Part shown: positions 7,506 through 16,176 of the stretch, piece by piece | How positions within the stretch are numbered: position 1 is the first letter of the stretch | Layout of the letters: each line of letters begins with the position of its first letter | Source of the DNA: Deltaproteobacteria bacterium | GTDB taxonomy: Bacteria; Bdellovibrionota; FAC87; UBA2466 | Assembly (NCBI GenBank): GCA_016207775.1 | Contig: JACQOU010000389.1 | Coordinates: 1-34,890 of the forward strand | Length of the DNA: 34,890 bases | Reading direction: 5' to 3' | The notes under the pieces: model-generated | The model's input: only the letters and a program-made list of their open reading frames with translations | Database searches by the model: none | Told to the model about the DNA's origin: nothing | Made by a program: the position numbers and the translations under genes

Positions 7506-9584
7506 TTACTTGCCTATTTCAGTCACGAGTGCTTCGGCACCGTAAATTTTTTGCATCGCCTCGCGCATTGTGCTGGAGTGGACGGAGATAGCTCGATTTT
7601 GTTCATCCGTATAAAAGTAATCGGAGATAAGCGATTGAATGTTCCCGTCAAAAATAAGCCCAACCAACTCACCATCTCTGTTGACCACGGGACTGCCTGA
7701 GTTGCCCCCAATGATGTCGGCGGTAGAAACAAAGTCAAATGGCGTAGAAAGATCAAGGTCTTTCTTCTTCAGATGCCAGCTCTCCGGCAACTTCCATGGC
7801 TCCTTCGCAGAATGCTTCAATTCGTGCTCGAAAGCTCCTCCAATCGTTGTCATAGAAGGGACATGCTTGCCGTCCTCTGTGTAACCTTTCACTTGGCCGA
7901 AAGATAATCGCAAAGTAAACGTTGCATCGGGATATTGGTTAGTGCCGTGGATGGCAAAAAGAGCTTTTGCAATCTGCGCATAAGATTGGCGTTCCACCTC
8001 AGTTACTTTTTCCTCATATGTTTTTCGAATTTTGCGCGCGGCCGGATCAACCAATTTAGCGAGCATAATCAAAGGATCGTAGCTGCTATCGATAGCCTTT
8101 TTGCCTCCACTGGCAAGAAGCCTCCGAACGTCAGGATTTTTTAGCGTGCTGCCTTTTATAAGAGCTGCTGCACGTGCCTGTGGAGATTGTCCCTGAAGCA
8201 CAGCCCTCACTAAAGAATGGTTTTCTCCAAAGATGGATACCAGGCGTGAAAGCGAATCCGATAACTTTACCTCCTCAAAGTCCTCGTAAATGGGAGCATC
8301 AGAATAAAGCTGCAATTCCAGGGAGGGCCTTGCCGGCGCTCGATATTCAGGCAACCGTTCGTCATTTGGCTTCAGATCCTCGTCGGCCATTCGAACGAGT
8401 GTCCTTGCGATACTGAAAAGCACAGAGTTAAACCCTTGTCCCGCCTCGAGCAGCGTTCTTTTTATATAGTTTTTCCGTGCAGTCACTTGTGCCTCGGCAA
8501 TTTTTTGCCAAGCTCCCGCCAACTCCTTCAAATTGGGGTCCTTTTCAACCATTGCCCTTAGCTGGTATTCCGTTTTTTGTTTTGCCTGCATGAGCGAAGG
8601 TTCTTGGAGGCCTTTCATTCTGCCATCGTAAACTTTACGGCTGTTTTGAATAGAAAACAGAAGATTTTTTGCCCGGCGGGCCTGTTCCTCACCCAGGCTG
8701 CTGTACTGCTGCAGCAACACCTCTTGTCTGAGCAAGTAAGAAAGATGATACGGAATCCTCAGATCCCTTAAGAATTCGAATGCTGCAACGGTGAGCATGC
8801 GGCTGGTGCTTCCCGGATGGCCCGATACAAAAATCAGCTCTCCGTCAATGGCTCCTTTTTCTGACCATTTCAGATAGTGTTCAATCTTTGCTGGCTTTCC
8901 ATCTTCGTAAACTCGAAAAATACACATGTCTAGGTCATATCGGGGGTACTCAAAATTGTCTGGATCCCCGCCAAAAAAGGCAATTCCAAATTCGGGGGCA
9001 AATACTAAGCGAACATCTGTGTAGCGTTTGAAGCGATAAAGCTGATACTGGCCTCCATTGTAGAGGGTGATGACATCGCTGCGGAGGCCTGTTTTTTCAA
9101 AAGATTCTGTTTCGATTTGGCCCATGGCTTTCTTGCGGGCTGTGTTGGCCTGCTCAGCGGTCATGCCTGGTTTTACAGCCGTATTTACTCGCTCTGTTAC
9201 GTCCTCGATCGACACTAATTGGTTGAGCTCCAAATCCATAGCAGGTCGTTCATCCGCCTGAGTGCGGGCATAAAATCCATCTTTGTAGTAGTCGTGCTCT
9301 GGAGTTGAAATCTTCTGTAGCATACCAGAGCCGACATGATGATTGGTGAGTACAAGCCCAGTGCTCGAAATGAAAGAGCCGGAACCACCACTGTTAAATC
9401 GAACAGAGGATTTCATTAGATGATCGGACCAAGCGTCAGTGACATCGAATTGGTATTTTTCTTTTAGGATCTTTTTGGGGAGGTTGTTATATACCCACAT
9501 CCCCTCGTCCGAATAGATGGATAACGAAAAACTACATAGGATAAAGGAAATTAGTAAAAAGTGGCCAACTCGATTTAACTTCAT
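7506..9584 (-). CDS. Peptidase family S46 (DPP7/DPP11-like dipeptidyl-peptidase), exported.
   Basis: Signal peptide followed by SDEGMW; TNHHV (His) and GGNSGSPV (Ser) catalytic motifs; about 690 aa; GGAGAGG RBS. Confidence 0.9.
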   Translation of the reverse strand: MKLNRVGHFLLISFILCSFSLSIYSDEGMWVYNNLPKKILKEKYQFDVTDAWSDHLMKSSVRFNSGGSGSFISSTGLVLTNHHVGSGMLQKISTPEHDYYKDGFYARTQADERPAMDLELNQLVSIEDVTERVNTAVKPGMTAEQANTARKKAMGQIETESFEKTGLRSDVITLYNGGQYQLYRFKRYTDVRLVFAPEFGIAFFGGDPDNFEYPRYDLDMCIFRVYEDGKPAKIEHYLKWSEKGAIDGELIFVSGHPGSTSRMLTVAAFEFLRDLRIPYHLSYLLRQEVLLQQYSSLGEEQARRAKNLLFSIQNSRKVYDGRMKGLQEPSLMQAKQKTEYQLRAMVEKDPNLKELAGAWQKIAEAQVTARKNYIKRTLLEAGQGFNSVLFSIARTLVRMADEDLKPNDERLPEYRAPARPSLELQLYSDAPIYEDFEEVKLSDSLSRLVSIFGENHSLVRAVLQGQSPQARAAALIKGSTLKNPDVRRLLASGGKKAIDSSYDPLIMLAKLVDPAARKIRKTYEEKVTEVERQSYAQIAKALFAIHGTNQYPDATFTLRLSFGQVKGYTEDGKHVPSMTTIGGAFEHELKHSAKEPWKLPESWHLKKKDLDLSTPFDFVSTADIIGGNSGSPVVNRDGELVGLIFDGNIQSLISDYFYTDEQNRAISVHSSTMREAMQKIYGAEALVTEIGK

Positions 9585-9672
9585 GAGTCCTCTCCAATTG
9601 TTCAGCAGGATATGCTGTTGCAGTTGACTTAGTCCAGGCGAGAAATCTTGTCAATTTGAGTCGGTATTGGGA

Positions 9673-10173
9673 CTAGTGATGGGTCCGTCCGTGGTGCCTC
9701 CCTCTTCTTTCTTCATCTTCTTCTTCCGGCCAACGAAGCTCTCGTTTCCGGTAGCTTCCCTCTTCTCCCTCTTCCTCGTCCTCGATGCGACTTCTTGAAC
9801 GACTGTGGCGAGGCAGCTCCTCCTCGCTCCACCGAGAGCGTCCACCCTGACGCCCGATCTCCTCGTAGAATTCAGGTCCTCGTTCGCGAGCGACGGTTTC
9901 CCCGCCTTTGCGCCCGATGTCCTGATAGAACTCCCTTCCTCTTTCCCGCGCGACGGTTTCCCCGCCTTTGCGTCCGATCTTCTCATAGAATTCACGGCCT
10001 CTTTCCCGCGCGACGGTTTCACCCCCTTTGCGGCCAATTTCCTCGTAGAATTCGGGTCCTCGTTCGCGCGCGACAGCCTCCCCCCCTTTGCGACCGGCTT
10101 CTTCTACAGTCATCCGGCCGCGGCCGCGCCGTAAACGGGGTTCATCGTATGCTGCAGATCCTCGTTTAGCCAT
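9673..10173 (-). CDS. KGG-repeat stress-induced protein (YciG/GsiB type).
   Basis: Four and a half 20-aa repeats of GRKGGE(A/T)VARERG(P/R)EFYxxI. I moved the start to the ATG at 10173, which follows AGGAGG (rc of 10181..10186). Charged low-complexity C-terminal tail. Confidence 0.85.
   Translation of the reverse strand: MAKRGSAAYDEPRLRRGRGRMTVEEAGRKGGEAVARERGPEFYEEIGRKGGETVARERGREFYEKIGRKGGETVARERGREFYQDIGRKGGETVARERGPEFYEEIGRQGGRSRWSEEELPRHSRSRSRIEDEEEGEEGSYRKRELRWPEEEDEERRGRHHGRTHH
9829..10095 (-). repeat. In-frame 60-bp tandem repeat (about 4.4 copies) encoding the KGG repeats.
   Basis: Units 9901..9960 and 9961..10020 are nearly identical. Units 9841..9900 and 10021..10080 are slightly diverged. 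Period is exactly 60 bp. Confidence 0.9.
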
Positions 10174-10185
10174 TCGTAATCCTCC

Positions 10186-10223
10186 TTGTGCCATTGGTGC
10201 TACCTTGTGCCATTAGTGCTACC
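10186..10223. repeat. 19-bp tandem duplication in the KGG leader region.
   Basis: ttgtgccattggtgctacc (10186..10204) is followed directly by ttgtgccattagtgctacc (10205..10223), with one mismatch. It abuts the KGG gene RBS. Confidence 0.85.
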
Positions 10224-10294
10224 AACCTCTGGTGTTTGCTGGCGTAGCGACCCTGTTGTTTTGTGAACCTTTAGCATTTGATTTTTAATGCTAT

Positions 10295-10310
10295 TGCAAC
10301 GTTGGTGCCA
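10295..10310 (-). promoter_or_regulatory. Putative sigma-54 promoter for the KGG gene.
   Basis: The minus strand reads TGGCAC-caacg-TTGCA, a perfect match to the TGGCAC-N5-TTGCW consensus, about 120 nt upstream of the ATG at 10173. Confidence 0.7.
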
Positions 10311-10320
10311 CCGCAGATCT

Positions 10321-10336
10321 TGGCATTTTGATTGCA
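10321..10336 (+). promoter_or_regulatory. Putative sigma-54 promoter for the FAD/Rieske oxidoreductase gene.
   Basis: TGGCAT-tttga-TTGCA, 136 nt upstream of the ATG at 10473. Its -24 element lies 10 bp from the -24 element of the opposing promoter. Confidence 0.65.
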
Positions 10337-10472
10337 TTTACAGGCAAGGAACGGTCCGTGCGAGAAGTTACTTTGTTGCATTAGGCAATCCTCACCGGAC
10401 ATTGGATATAGCGGATGCGAAACGGGCAAAAAGCGAGCGAGGCGGATAAGAAGAAAGGCGGGAGGTAAACTT

Positions 10473-11993
10473 ATGAATAAGCCACTTTGGGCGGATGGGC
10501 GTGAGAGTTACGGATTTCCCCGTCTTGAGCGCAAATGCATTACCGAAGTTTGTGTGGTTGGAGCAGGAATTGCTGGACTAACGACCGCTGTTCAACTGGC
10601 ACGTGCTGGAAGAAAAGTCGTGCTCTTGGATAAAGGTTCTATTGCTGGGGGCGAAACAGGATGCACAACTGCCCACATTACAGAAGTGCTTGATATGCGC
10701 TACGCAGATTTGATCAGTAAATTCGGTATGGAGAATACCCGCCAGGTACGGGCTTCCAGCAGAGCGGCCATGGATTTGATTGCTCAGTTCGTGAAGGAGC
10801 TTAATATTCAATGTGCTCATCAATCTTTGTCAGGGTACCTTTACACTGAGCTGGAAGAGGATGTCGGCGAATTGGAGGATGAACTTGCTGCCATGGAATC
10901 GGTTGGCATTGAGGCACACCTAAAGAGTGAGATACCTCTTCCCTTTCCGATTAAGACCGCAATCGAGATTGCTGATCAGGCGCAATTTGACCCACTCGCC
11001 TATTGTTCTGCGCTCGCAGAGGAAGTCATCCGTCATGAGGGACACATTTTCACGGATACTGCAGTGAAAAACGTTCAGGATCGGCAACCGTGCATCGTTC
11101 AAACGGGCATGGGCGAAGTCATAGCAGACGCTGTAGCGATTTGCACTCATGTGCCTGTAATTAATCGATTGTGGATACATACGAAAATAGCGCCCTATCG
11201 CAGTTATGTCGTTGCAGCACCGATTGAGGGGCTCGGTGATCCTCCAAGCCTTTTTTGGGATACGGCTCAACCCTATCACTTTACTCGAATGCAAAAGAAG
11301 AATGGGACGATGTATTTAATAGTCGGCGGTGAAGATCATAAGACCGGTCAAATAGAAGATACGGCCAGTTGCTATTTCAGACTTCGAGAGTACCTCTGGT
11401 CTCGCTTTGGTATACGACAACCTCAGTTTCAATGGTCAGGGCAAATGATTGAGCCTATCGACGGGCTTCCTTTTATTGGCAAGAACGCCTTTTCCCAACA
11501 AGTCTACATTGCTACCGGTTTCTCGGGCACTGGGATCACCTTTGGTACACTCGGCGGAATGTTAATCGCCGAGGAAATACTTGGAATTCAAAATAGCTGG
11601 CAGGAGCTCTTTCGAGCCACTCGGAAAAGCACTGTGGCCGGTTCAGTGAATTTCATTAGTGAGAATGTTGATTACCCGATCAACGTCGTTAAACAACGCT
11701 TGGAATCCAGGCCGACGGCCAATGAAGTGAATGTAGATGAGGGCAAAGTGGTTTATAGAAATGGCAAGAAGATAGCGCTTTACCGAAAGCCATCTGGAGA
11801 AGAAATCGCCCTGTCGCCGGTCTGTACTCATCTCGGCTGTTACGTTAACTGGAATAACGCTGAAAAGACGTGGGACTGCCCGTGCCACGGCTCCCGATTT
11901 AGCGTCGAGGGGCAAGTGATCAACGGTCCAGCTACTGCAGCCCTTGCGCCTGACACATCAGATTGGGAGGAACCTGGAGATAAAGTGGCCTAA
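10473..11993 (+). CDS. FAD-dependent oxidoreductase fused to a C-terminal Rieske [2Fe-2S] domain.
   Basis: Dinucleotide-binding VCVVGAGIAGLTTA at the N-terminus and Rieske CTHLGC...CPCHGSRF at the C-terminus. The ATG at 10473 is preceded by GGGAGG. The track start at 10332 is an upstream TTG that overlaps the promoter. Confidence 0.85.
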   Translation: MNKPLWADGRESYGFPRLERKCITEVCVVGAGIAGLTTAVQLARAGRKVVLLDKGSIAGGETGCTTAHITEVLDMRYADLISKFGMENTRQVRASSRAAMDLIAQFVKELNIQCAHQSLSGYLYTELEEDVGELEDELAAMESVGIEAHLKSEIPLPFPIKTAIEIADQAQFDPLAYCSALAEEVIRHEGHIFTDTAVKNVQDRQPCIVQTGMGEVIADAVAICTHVPVINRLWIHTKIAPYRSYVVAAPIEGLGDPPSLFWDTAQPYHFTRMQKKNGTMYLIVGGEDHKTGQIEDTASCYFRLREYLWSRFGIRQPQFQWSGQMIEPIDGLPFIGKNAFSQQVYIATGFSGTGITFGTLGGMLIAEEILGIQNSWQELFRATRKSTVAGSVNFISENVDYPINVVKQRLESRPTANEVNVDEGKVVYRNGKKIALYRKPSGEEIALSPVCTHLGCYVNWNNAEKTWDCPCHGSRFSVEGQVINGPATAALAPDTSDWEEPGDKVA

Positions 11994-12091
11994 TAAACAA
12001 CGACGGAAGAAGCTGTAGCTAAAGACAACAACCACGTGCAACAGAAGTCGTTAGATAAAAAGCCTGAAGGCTCATGGCTCATGAAATGGTC

Positions 12092-12107
12092 CGGCATAAA
12101 GGTTGCA
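12092..12107 (+). promoter_or_regulatory. Putative sigma-54 promoter for the membrane protein gene.
   Basis: CGGCAT-aaagg-TTGCA with GG/GC spacing conserved, 36 nt upstream of the ATG at 12144. Confidence 0.5.
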
Positions 12108-12143
12108 ATTCAGAGACAAAGTATTTTGAGAGGAGGAGAGACA

Positions 12144-12761
12144 ATGCCTGAACAGGTTTATACTACAGCTGGATCCTTGAGGAGAATTTATTGGAGTGTA
12201 GTCTTTACGGGTGTGCTAACGGCAATGGCCACGTGGTGGCTTGGGACCGCGTTGGGTGGAGCACTGGGTCTGACCTTCGATACCGACATGAAAACTTTGG
12301 GTACTGCTGGAGCAATTTGGATCGTCTCGGTTAGTTTGATTGCGATGTATCTGGGAGGTTTTGCGGCGGGAAAGTATCTGGATTTTCATGGTCGTACCGA
12401 TTCTGTTATTTATGGAGTGCTGATCTGGGCTATGCTTTCAACGTTTTTGATGGCTCTTGATTGGGCGGGCGCCTCCTCCTTAGGCATGACTACGTTGTTT
12501 GGCGTAGCTAACGACTCACGTGTAGCTCTCTCTATTGACGAGATCTCACTTAACCTGAATTTATCGCCGGAGCAAACCGAGCAATTGCGGAACAATTTGA
12601 GGGATCTCACTCCATCTACGGTCCTAGGCGGCTGGGCAACCTTCGGTGGCATGCTGCTGTCACTGCTCGTTGCAGGATGGGGCGTGTGGTCCGGCATGCG
12701 AAGTACGACGAGGTGGTTGAGCAGAACGGAATTCATCCCACCGGATCGACGGGCTGCTTAG
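12144..12761 (+). CDS. Integral membrane protein, unknown function.
   Basis: The ATG at 12144 is preceded by GAGGAGGAG. There are four to five hydrophobic helices (e.g. IYWSVVFTGVLTAMATWWLGTALGGALG, AIWIVSVSLIAMYLGGFAAG). No family recognised. Confidence 0.65.
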   Translation: MPEQVYTTAGSLRRIYWSVVFTGVLTAMATWWLGTALGGALGLTFDTDMKTLGTAGAIWIVSVSLIAMYLGGFAAGKYLDFHGRTDSVIYGVLIWAMLSTFLMALDWAGASSLGMTTLFGVANDSRVALSIDEISLNLNLSPEQTEQLRNNLRDLTPSTVLGGWATFGGMLLSLLVAGWGVWSGMRSTTRWLSRTEFIPPDRRAA

Positions 12762-12776
12762 TGATGATAGCAAGCT

Positions 12777-12792
12777 GGGCATGACGCTTGCA
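12777..12792 (+). promoter_or_regulatory. Putative sigma-54 promoter for the CBS-pair gene.
   Basis: GGGCAT-gacgc-TTGCA with GG/GC spacing conserved, 99 nt upstream of the ATG at 12892. Confidence 0.5.
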
Positions 12793-12796
12793 CGGG

Positions 12797-12819
12797 TTTT
12801 GTCGCGTATCGCGACAAAA
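12797..12819. promoter_or_regulatory. Perfect 10-bp inverted repeat (operator-like or 5' stem-loop).
   Basis: ttttgtcgcg-tat-cgcgacaaaa. It starts 5 nt after the -12 element at 12788..12792, so it spans the predicted transcription start. Confidence 0.5.
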
Positions 12820-12891
12820 TTGCTAGAGAGCAACGAGTAACGGCCACAATGGTTGAAACTGTGCTCCTCGCAACGACAAAGGAGAAATAAA

Positions 12892-13362
12892 ATGTCACTG
12901 CAAAACCTACTTACAAAAAAACTCATATCATGTTCGCCCTCAAGTTCGATACAGATGGCAGCTGGCCTGATGGAGAAAGAAAACGTTGGCGCTGTTGTAA
13001 TCGTTGGTGAAAGGGATGGAGGGCCCGTTGGTATCGTTACGGACAGGGATATTGCCATTCGCTGTGTAGCGCGAGGGATGGATGCCAATCAAAATGTTAG
13101 TGAGGTCATGACAACAGAGGTTGAAACCGTAAGCGACGATGAGGGGATCTATGACATTATTCACACAATGAAACGCAGTGAAGTCCGAAGAGTTCCGGTT
13201 GTAGACAAAGCGGGCAAATGTATCGGTCTTCTTTCGTTTGGAGATGTGTTTGAGCTTCTGGGCAGGGAACTTAGCGATCTATTACCGGTCACTGCCCCAG
13301 AAAAACCAAAGCTTGTTAAACAATCGGTTGAAACCCGTTTCAAAGCAGAGGCCCATGGCTGA
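12892..13362 (+). CDS. CBS-pair domain protein.
   Basis: Two CBS motifs (VGAVVIV..GIVTDRDI and VRRVPVVDKAGKCIGLLSFGDV). The ATG at 12892 is preceded by AAGGAGAA. Confidence 0.85.
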   Translation: MSLQNLLTKKLISCSPSSSIQMAAGLMEKENVGAVVIVGERDGGPVGIVTDRDIAIRCVARGMDANQNVSEVMTTEVETVSDDEGIYDIIHTMKRSEVRRVPVVDKAGKCIGLLSFGDVFELLGRELSDLLPVTAPEKPKLVKQSVETRFKAEAHG

Positions 13363-13383
13363 GGCGGTTCAAGGTCACTGCAT

Positions 13384-13833
13384 TTATGAAAGCGCGAGCA
13401 TGTAAGCCAAGTCGTCCAAATGTGTCTTAATGAGTGGAAGGAGCTCAAAACGAATGACTCTTTTCATCTCTGCCCTAAAATCGTCGCTTGCAAGCACTAG
13501 CTCATAGTCTAGCTGACAACGCTCTTCTAACTCTTTGAGAGCCTTCAAGGCCATGGGATCGGTTGTAGGGTTACCAGAAATCTCAACGACCACTGCCAGG
13601 TAACTGCAGTCATCATCATCCGATCGCTCCGTCAGCTGAACCCCTTCTGGCAGCAGCTCTGATAACTTGGCAAGAGCAAGCTTGTGATCCGCCAAAATTT
13701 TGCTCATCAAAGGGGAGCCTTCGGTGCCGTTTTCTCGAGATACGACACTGGCATACGCTTGCTCTGCACAAGTTTCGCTGTGCAGGAGACTGCATAGCTT
13801 TTGGTGTTCAAATTGGTCAGCAACTGCTTTCAT
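13384..13833 (-). CDS. Hypothetical helical protein, possibly four-helix-bundle stress protein-like.
   Basis: 149-aa ORF with an AAAGGAAG RBS. Composition looks predominantly helical. No motif recognised. Confidence 0.6.
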   Translation of the reverse strand: MKAVADQFEHQKLCSLLHSETCAEQAYASVVSRENGTEGSPLMSKILADHKLALAKLSELLPEGVQLTERSDDDDCSYLAVVVEISGNPTTDPMALKALKELEERCQLDYELVLASDDFRAEMKRVIRFELLPLIKTHLDDLAYMLALS

Positions 13834-13860
13834 TCTTGCTTCCTTTCATTTCCGGTGTAG

Positions 13861-13876
13861 TGCATTAGTCATGCCA
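13861..13876 (-). promoter_or_regulatory. Putative sigma-54 promoter for the 149-aa gene.
   Basis: The minus strand reads TGGCAT-gacta-ATGCA, 27 nt upstream of the ATG at 13833. This would give a short leader that still includes the RBS. Confidence 0.55.
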
Positions 13877-13965
13877 CTTACTAACGCTTTTTGCCCGCTT
13901 CGCATGTGCTCTACTCCAAAAACCTGTTTAGTAAACAAAGCGGACAGATGATATAACTCTTCCTT

Positions 13966-16167
13966 ATGGGTGAGGCGCCACTACAAGAGCATGGCTCGGA
14001 GCTGAAACAGGAGAGGATAGTCGGATCAGTTGAGCGAGTGACTTTTCACAATCCGGAGAATGGTTTTTGTATTTTACGGATTAAAGCGAAAGCCCAGCGG
14101 GAGTTGGTCACATTGCTGGGTCATGTTCCCTCAGTCTCAGCCGGCGAATATGTCGAAGCAATGGGAACATGGACACGCCATGCCGAATATGGCCTGCAAT
14201 TTAAAGCCCACTTCTTAAAAGCTGTGCACCCTTCCACTTTAGAGGGCATAGAGAAATATCTGGGCTCAGGAATGATTAGGGGAATTGGGCCGCATTTCGC
14301 GAAGAGTCTAGTGGAAGCGTTCGGCTATGATGTGTTTGACGTGATCGACCAGGCGCCCGAAAGGCTCGAGACAGTGCCGGGGATAGGGCGCGTCCGCAGG
14401 GAGAAAATCATATCGGCCTGGCAGGAACAGAAGGTTGTCCGCGATATTATGGTTTTTTTGCAATCCCATGGTGTTTCTACGTTGCGAGCAGTTCGTATTT
14501 ATAAAGCGTACGGGCATAATGCAGTGGCAACCGTGAAAGAAAACCCTTATCGGCTGGCTCGCGACATTCGTGGCATAGGCTTCAAGAGTGCGGACCAGAT
14601 TGCTGGAAATCTGGGGATATCAAAAAGTTCAATGGTGCGCGCAAGGGCTGGTTTGCATCATATTCTTCTTGAGCGCATGTCTGACGGACACTGTGCTTAT
14701 CCGGTGGAAAAATTGATCGAAGAATCGGAAAAGTTGCTGGAGATTGACCGCTCGATTTTGTTAGAGGGTCTGCAACTGGAAATCCAAGAACAGCAGATTC
14801 GAAAAGAGTTGATAGCAGGGACAGAGTGCGCTTACACGGCCGGCATGTGGCACGCTGAACGTGAAGTGGCTGAGCTTTTTGGCACGTTACGTGTTGGGCC
14901 GTTGCCATGGGGTGAAATAAAAAAAGAAAAGGCCGTGGAGTGGGTGGAAAAGCAACTTTCCATCGAGTTAGCCAGTCTTCAAAAAGAAGCTGTCATGCAG
15001 GCCCTCTCTTCCAAAGTATTTATCATTACCGGTGGGCCCGGGACCGGTAAGACCACGCTAACCCGGGCAATCGTCAGCATCCTTGCAGCTAAAAATATCC
15101 GCATGGCCCTTTGCTCGCCAACGGGGCGGGCTGCGAAGCGCTTATTTGAATGCACCGGCGTTGAAGCCAAGACGATTCACAGGCTCTTGGGTATCGATAG
15201 GGCAAAGGGAGGGTTTCTTCACGGTCCTGATAACCCACTTTCCATTGACCTGCTTTTGGTCGACGAATGCTCTATGGTGGATGTTCTGCTGATGGCCAGT
15301 CTCTTAAAGGCGTTGCCGGCTGAAGCAGCCGTTTTATTAATCGGCGATGTCGACCAACTTCCGTCCGTAGGACCCGGAAAGGTGCTGGGTGCATTGATTG
15401 ATTCCGGTGTGATTCCCACCATTCGATTGACTGAGGTGTTTCGGCAAGCGGCCAAAAGCAAAATTATCCAAAATGCTCATCGGGTAAACCAGGGGCTGTT
15501 GCCTGAACTTGAAAACGATAAGGAAAAGCCTTCTGATTTTTACTTCATCGAATCAGACCAAGCAGAGCAATCCCTAAGAAAGATAATCGAACTTGTGAGC
15601 ACGCGAATCCCTAAGCGATTTGCTCTGAATCCTGTACGAGATATCCAGGTGCTAGCTCCAATGAACCGGGGTGGGCTGGGTGCACGTTCTTTGAATAGTG
15701 AGCTGCAAAAAGCCCTGAACCCGAATCCCATCGTAAAGGTTGAGAGATTTGGAGTGAGCTTTGCTGTTGGCGATAAAGTTATGGTGACCGAGAACGATTA
15801 CGACAAGGACGTATTTAATGGCGATATTGGCTTTATCGAATCTCTGGATCTTGAACAGGGCGTGGCAGTTATCGATTTCGATGGGAGACAAGTGGAATTT
15901 TCTTTCTCGGAGCTGGATATTATTGTGCATGCTTATGCCGTCACAGTCCATAAATCACAGGGCTCCGAATATCCCGCCGTAGTCATTGCGGTCGCCATGC
16001 AGCACTATGTAATGCTCAAAAGAAATTTAATCTACACGGCGATCACTCGAGGGAAAAAGTTAGTCATCGTGATTGGCGAAAAAAAAGCACTCGCCCTTGC
16101 CATTAAAGCAAAATCTCAAGGTGAGCGGTGGAACAATTTGTCTGCTCGACTTAAGACAAAATTTTGA
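13966..16167 (+). CDS. recD2: RecD2-type SF1B ATP-dependent DNA helicase (RecD/TraA family).
   Basis: N-terminal RVTFHNPENGFCILRIKA region, Walker A GGPGTGKTT, LLVDECSMVD, and C-terminal VHKSQGSE...TAITRGKK motifs. 733 aa. Confidence 0.9.
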   Translation: MGEAPLQEHGSELKQERIVGSVERVTFHNPENGFCILRIKAKAQRELVTLLGHVPSVSAGEYVEAMGTWTRHAEYGLQFKAHFLKAVHPSTLEGIEKYLGSGMIRGIGPHFAKSLVEAFGYDVFDVIDQAPERLETVPGIGRVRREKIISAWQEQKVVRDIMVFLQSHGVSTLRAVRIYKAYGHNAVATVKENPYRLARDIRGIGFKSADQIAGNLGISKSSMVRARAGLHHILLERMSDGHCAYPVEKLIEESEKLLEIDRSILLEGLQLEIQEQQIRKELIAGTECAYTAGMWHAEREVAELFGTLRVGPLPWGEIKKEKAVEWVEKQLSIELASLQKEAVMQALSSKVFIITGGPGTGKTTLTRAIVSILAAKNIRMALCSPTGRAAKRLFECTGVEAKTIHRLLGIDRAKGGFLHGPDNPLSIDLLLVDECSMVDVLLMASLLKALPAEAAVLLIGDVDQLPSVGPGKVLGALIDSGVIPTIRLTEVFRQAAKSKIIQNAHRVNQGLLPELENDKEKPSDFYFIESDQAEQSLRKIIELVSTRIPKRFALNPVRDIQVLAPMNRGGLGARSLNSELQKALNPNPIVKVERFGVSFAVGDKVMVTENDYDKDVFNGDIGFIESLDLEQGVAVIDFDGRQVEFSFSELDIIVHAYAVTVHKSQGSEYPAVVIAVAMQHYVMLKRNLIYTAITRGKKLVIVIGEKKALALAIKAKSQGERWNNLSARLKTKF

Positions 16168-16176
16168 AAATGTTTT

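Noticed and set aside
9829-10095. The 60-bp tandem array considered as a possible CRISPR or other non-coding repeat array.
   Set aside because: The units are directly adjacent with no spacers, stay in frame, and encode a known protein repeat. No cas genes are present.
9651-10169. Long ORFs on both strands overlapping the KGG gene (9651..10037 minus; 9795..10169 and 9805..10134 plus).
   Set aside because: These are shadow frames kept open by the 60-bp repeat periodicity and biased composition. Only the 9673..10173 frame gives the known KGG repeat and has an AGGAGG RBS.
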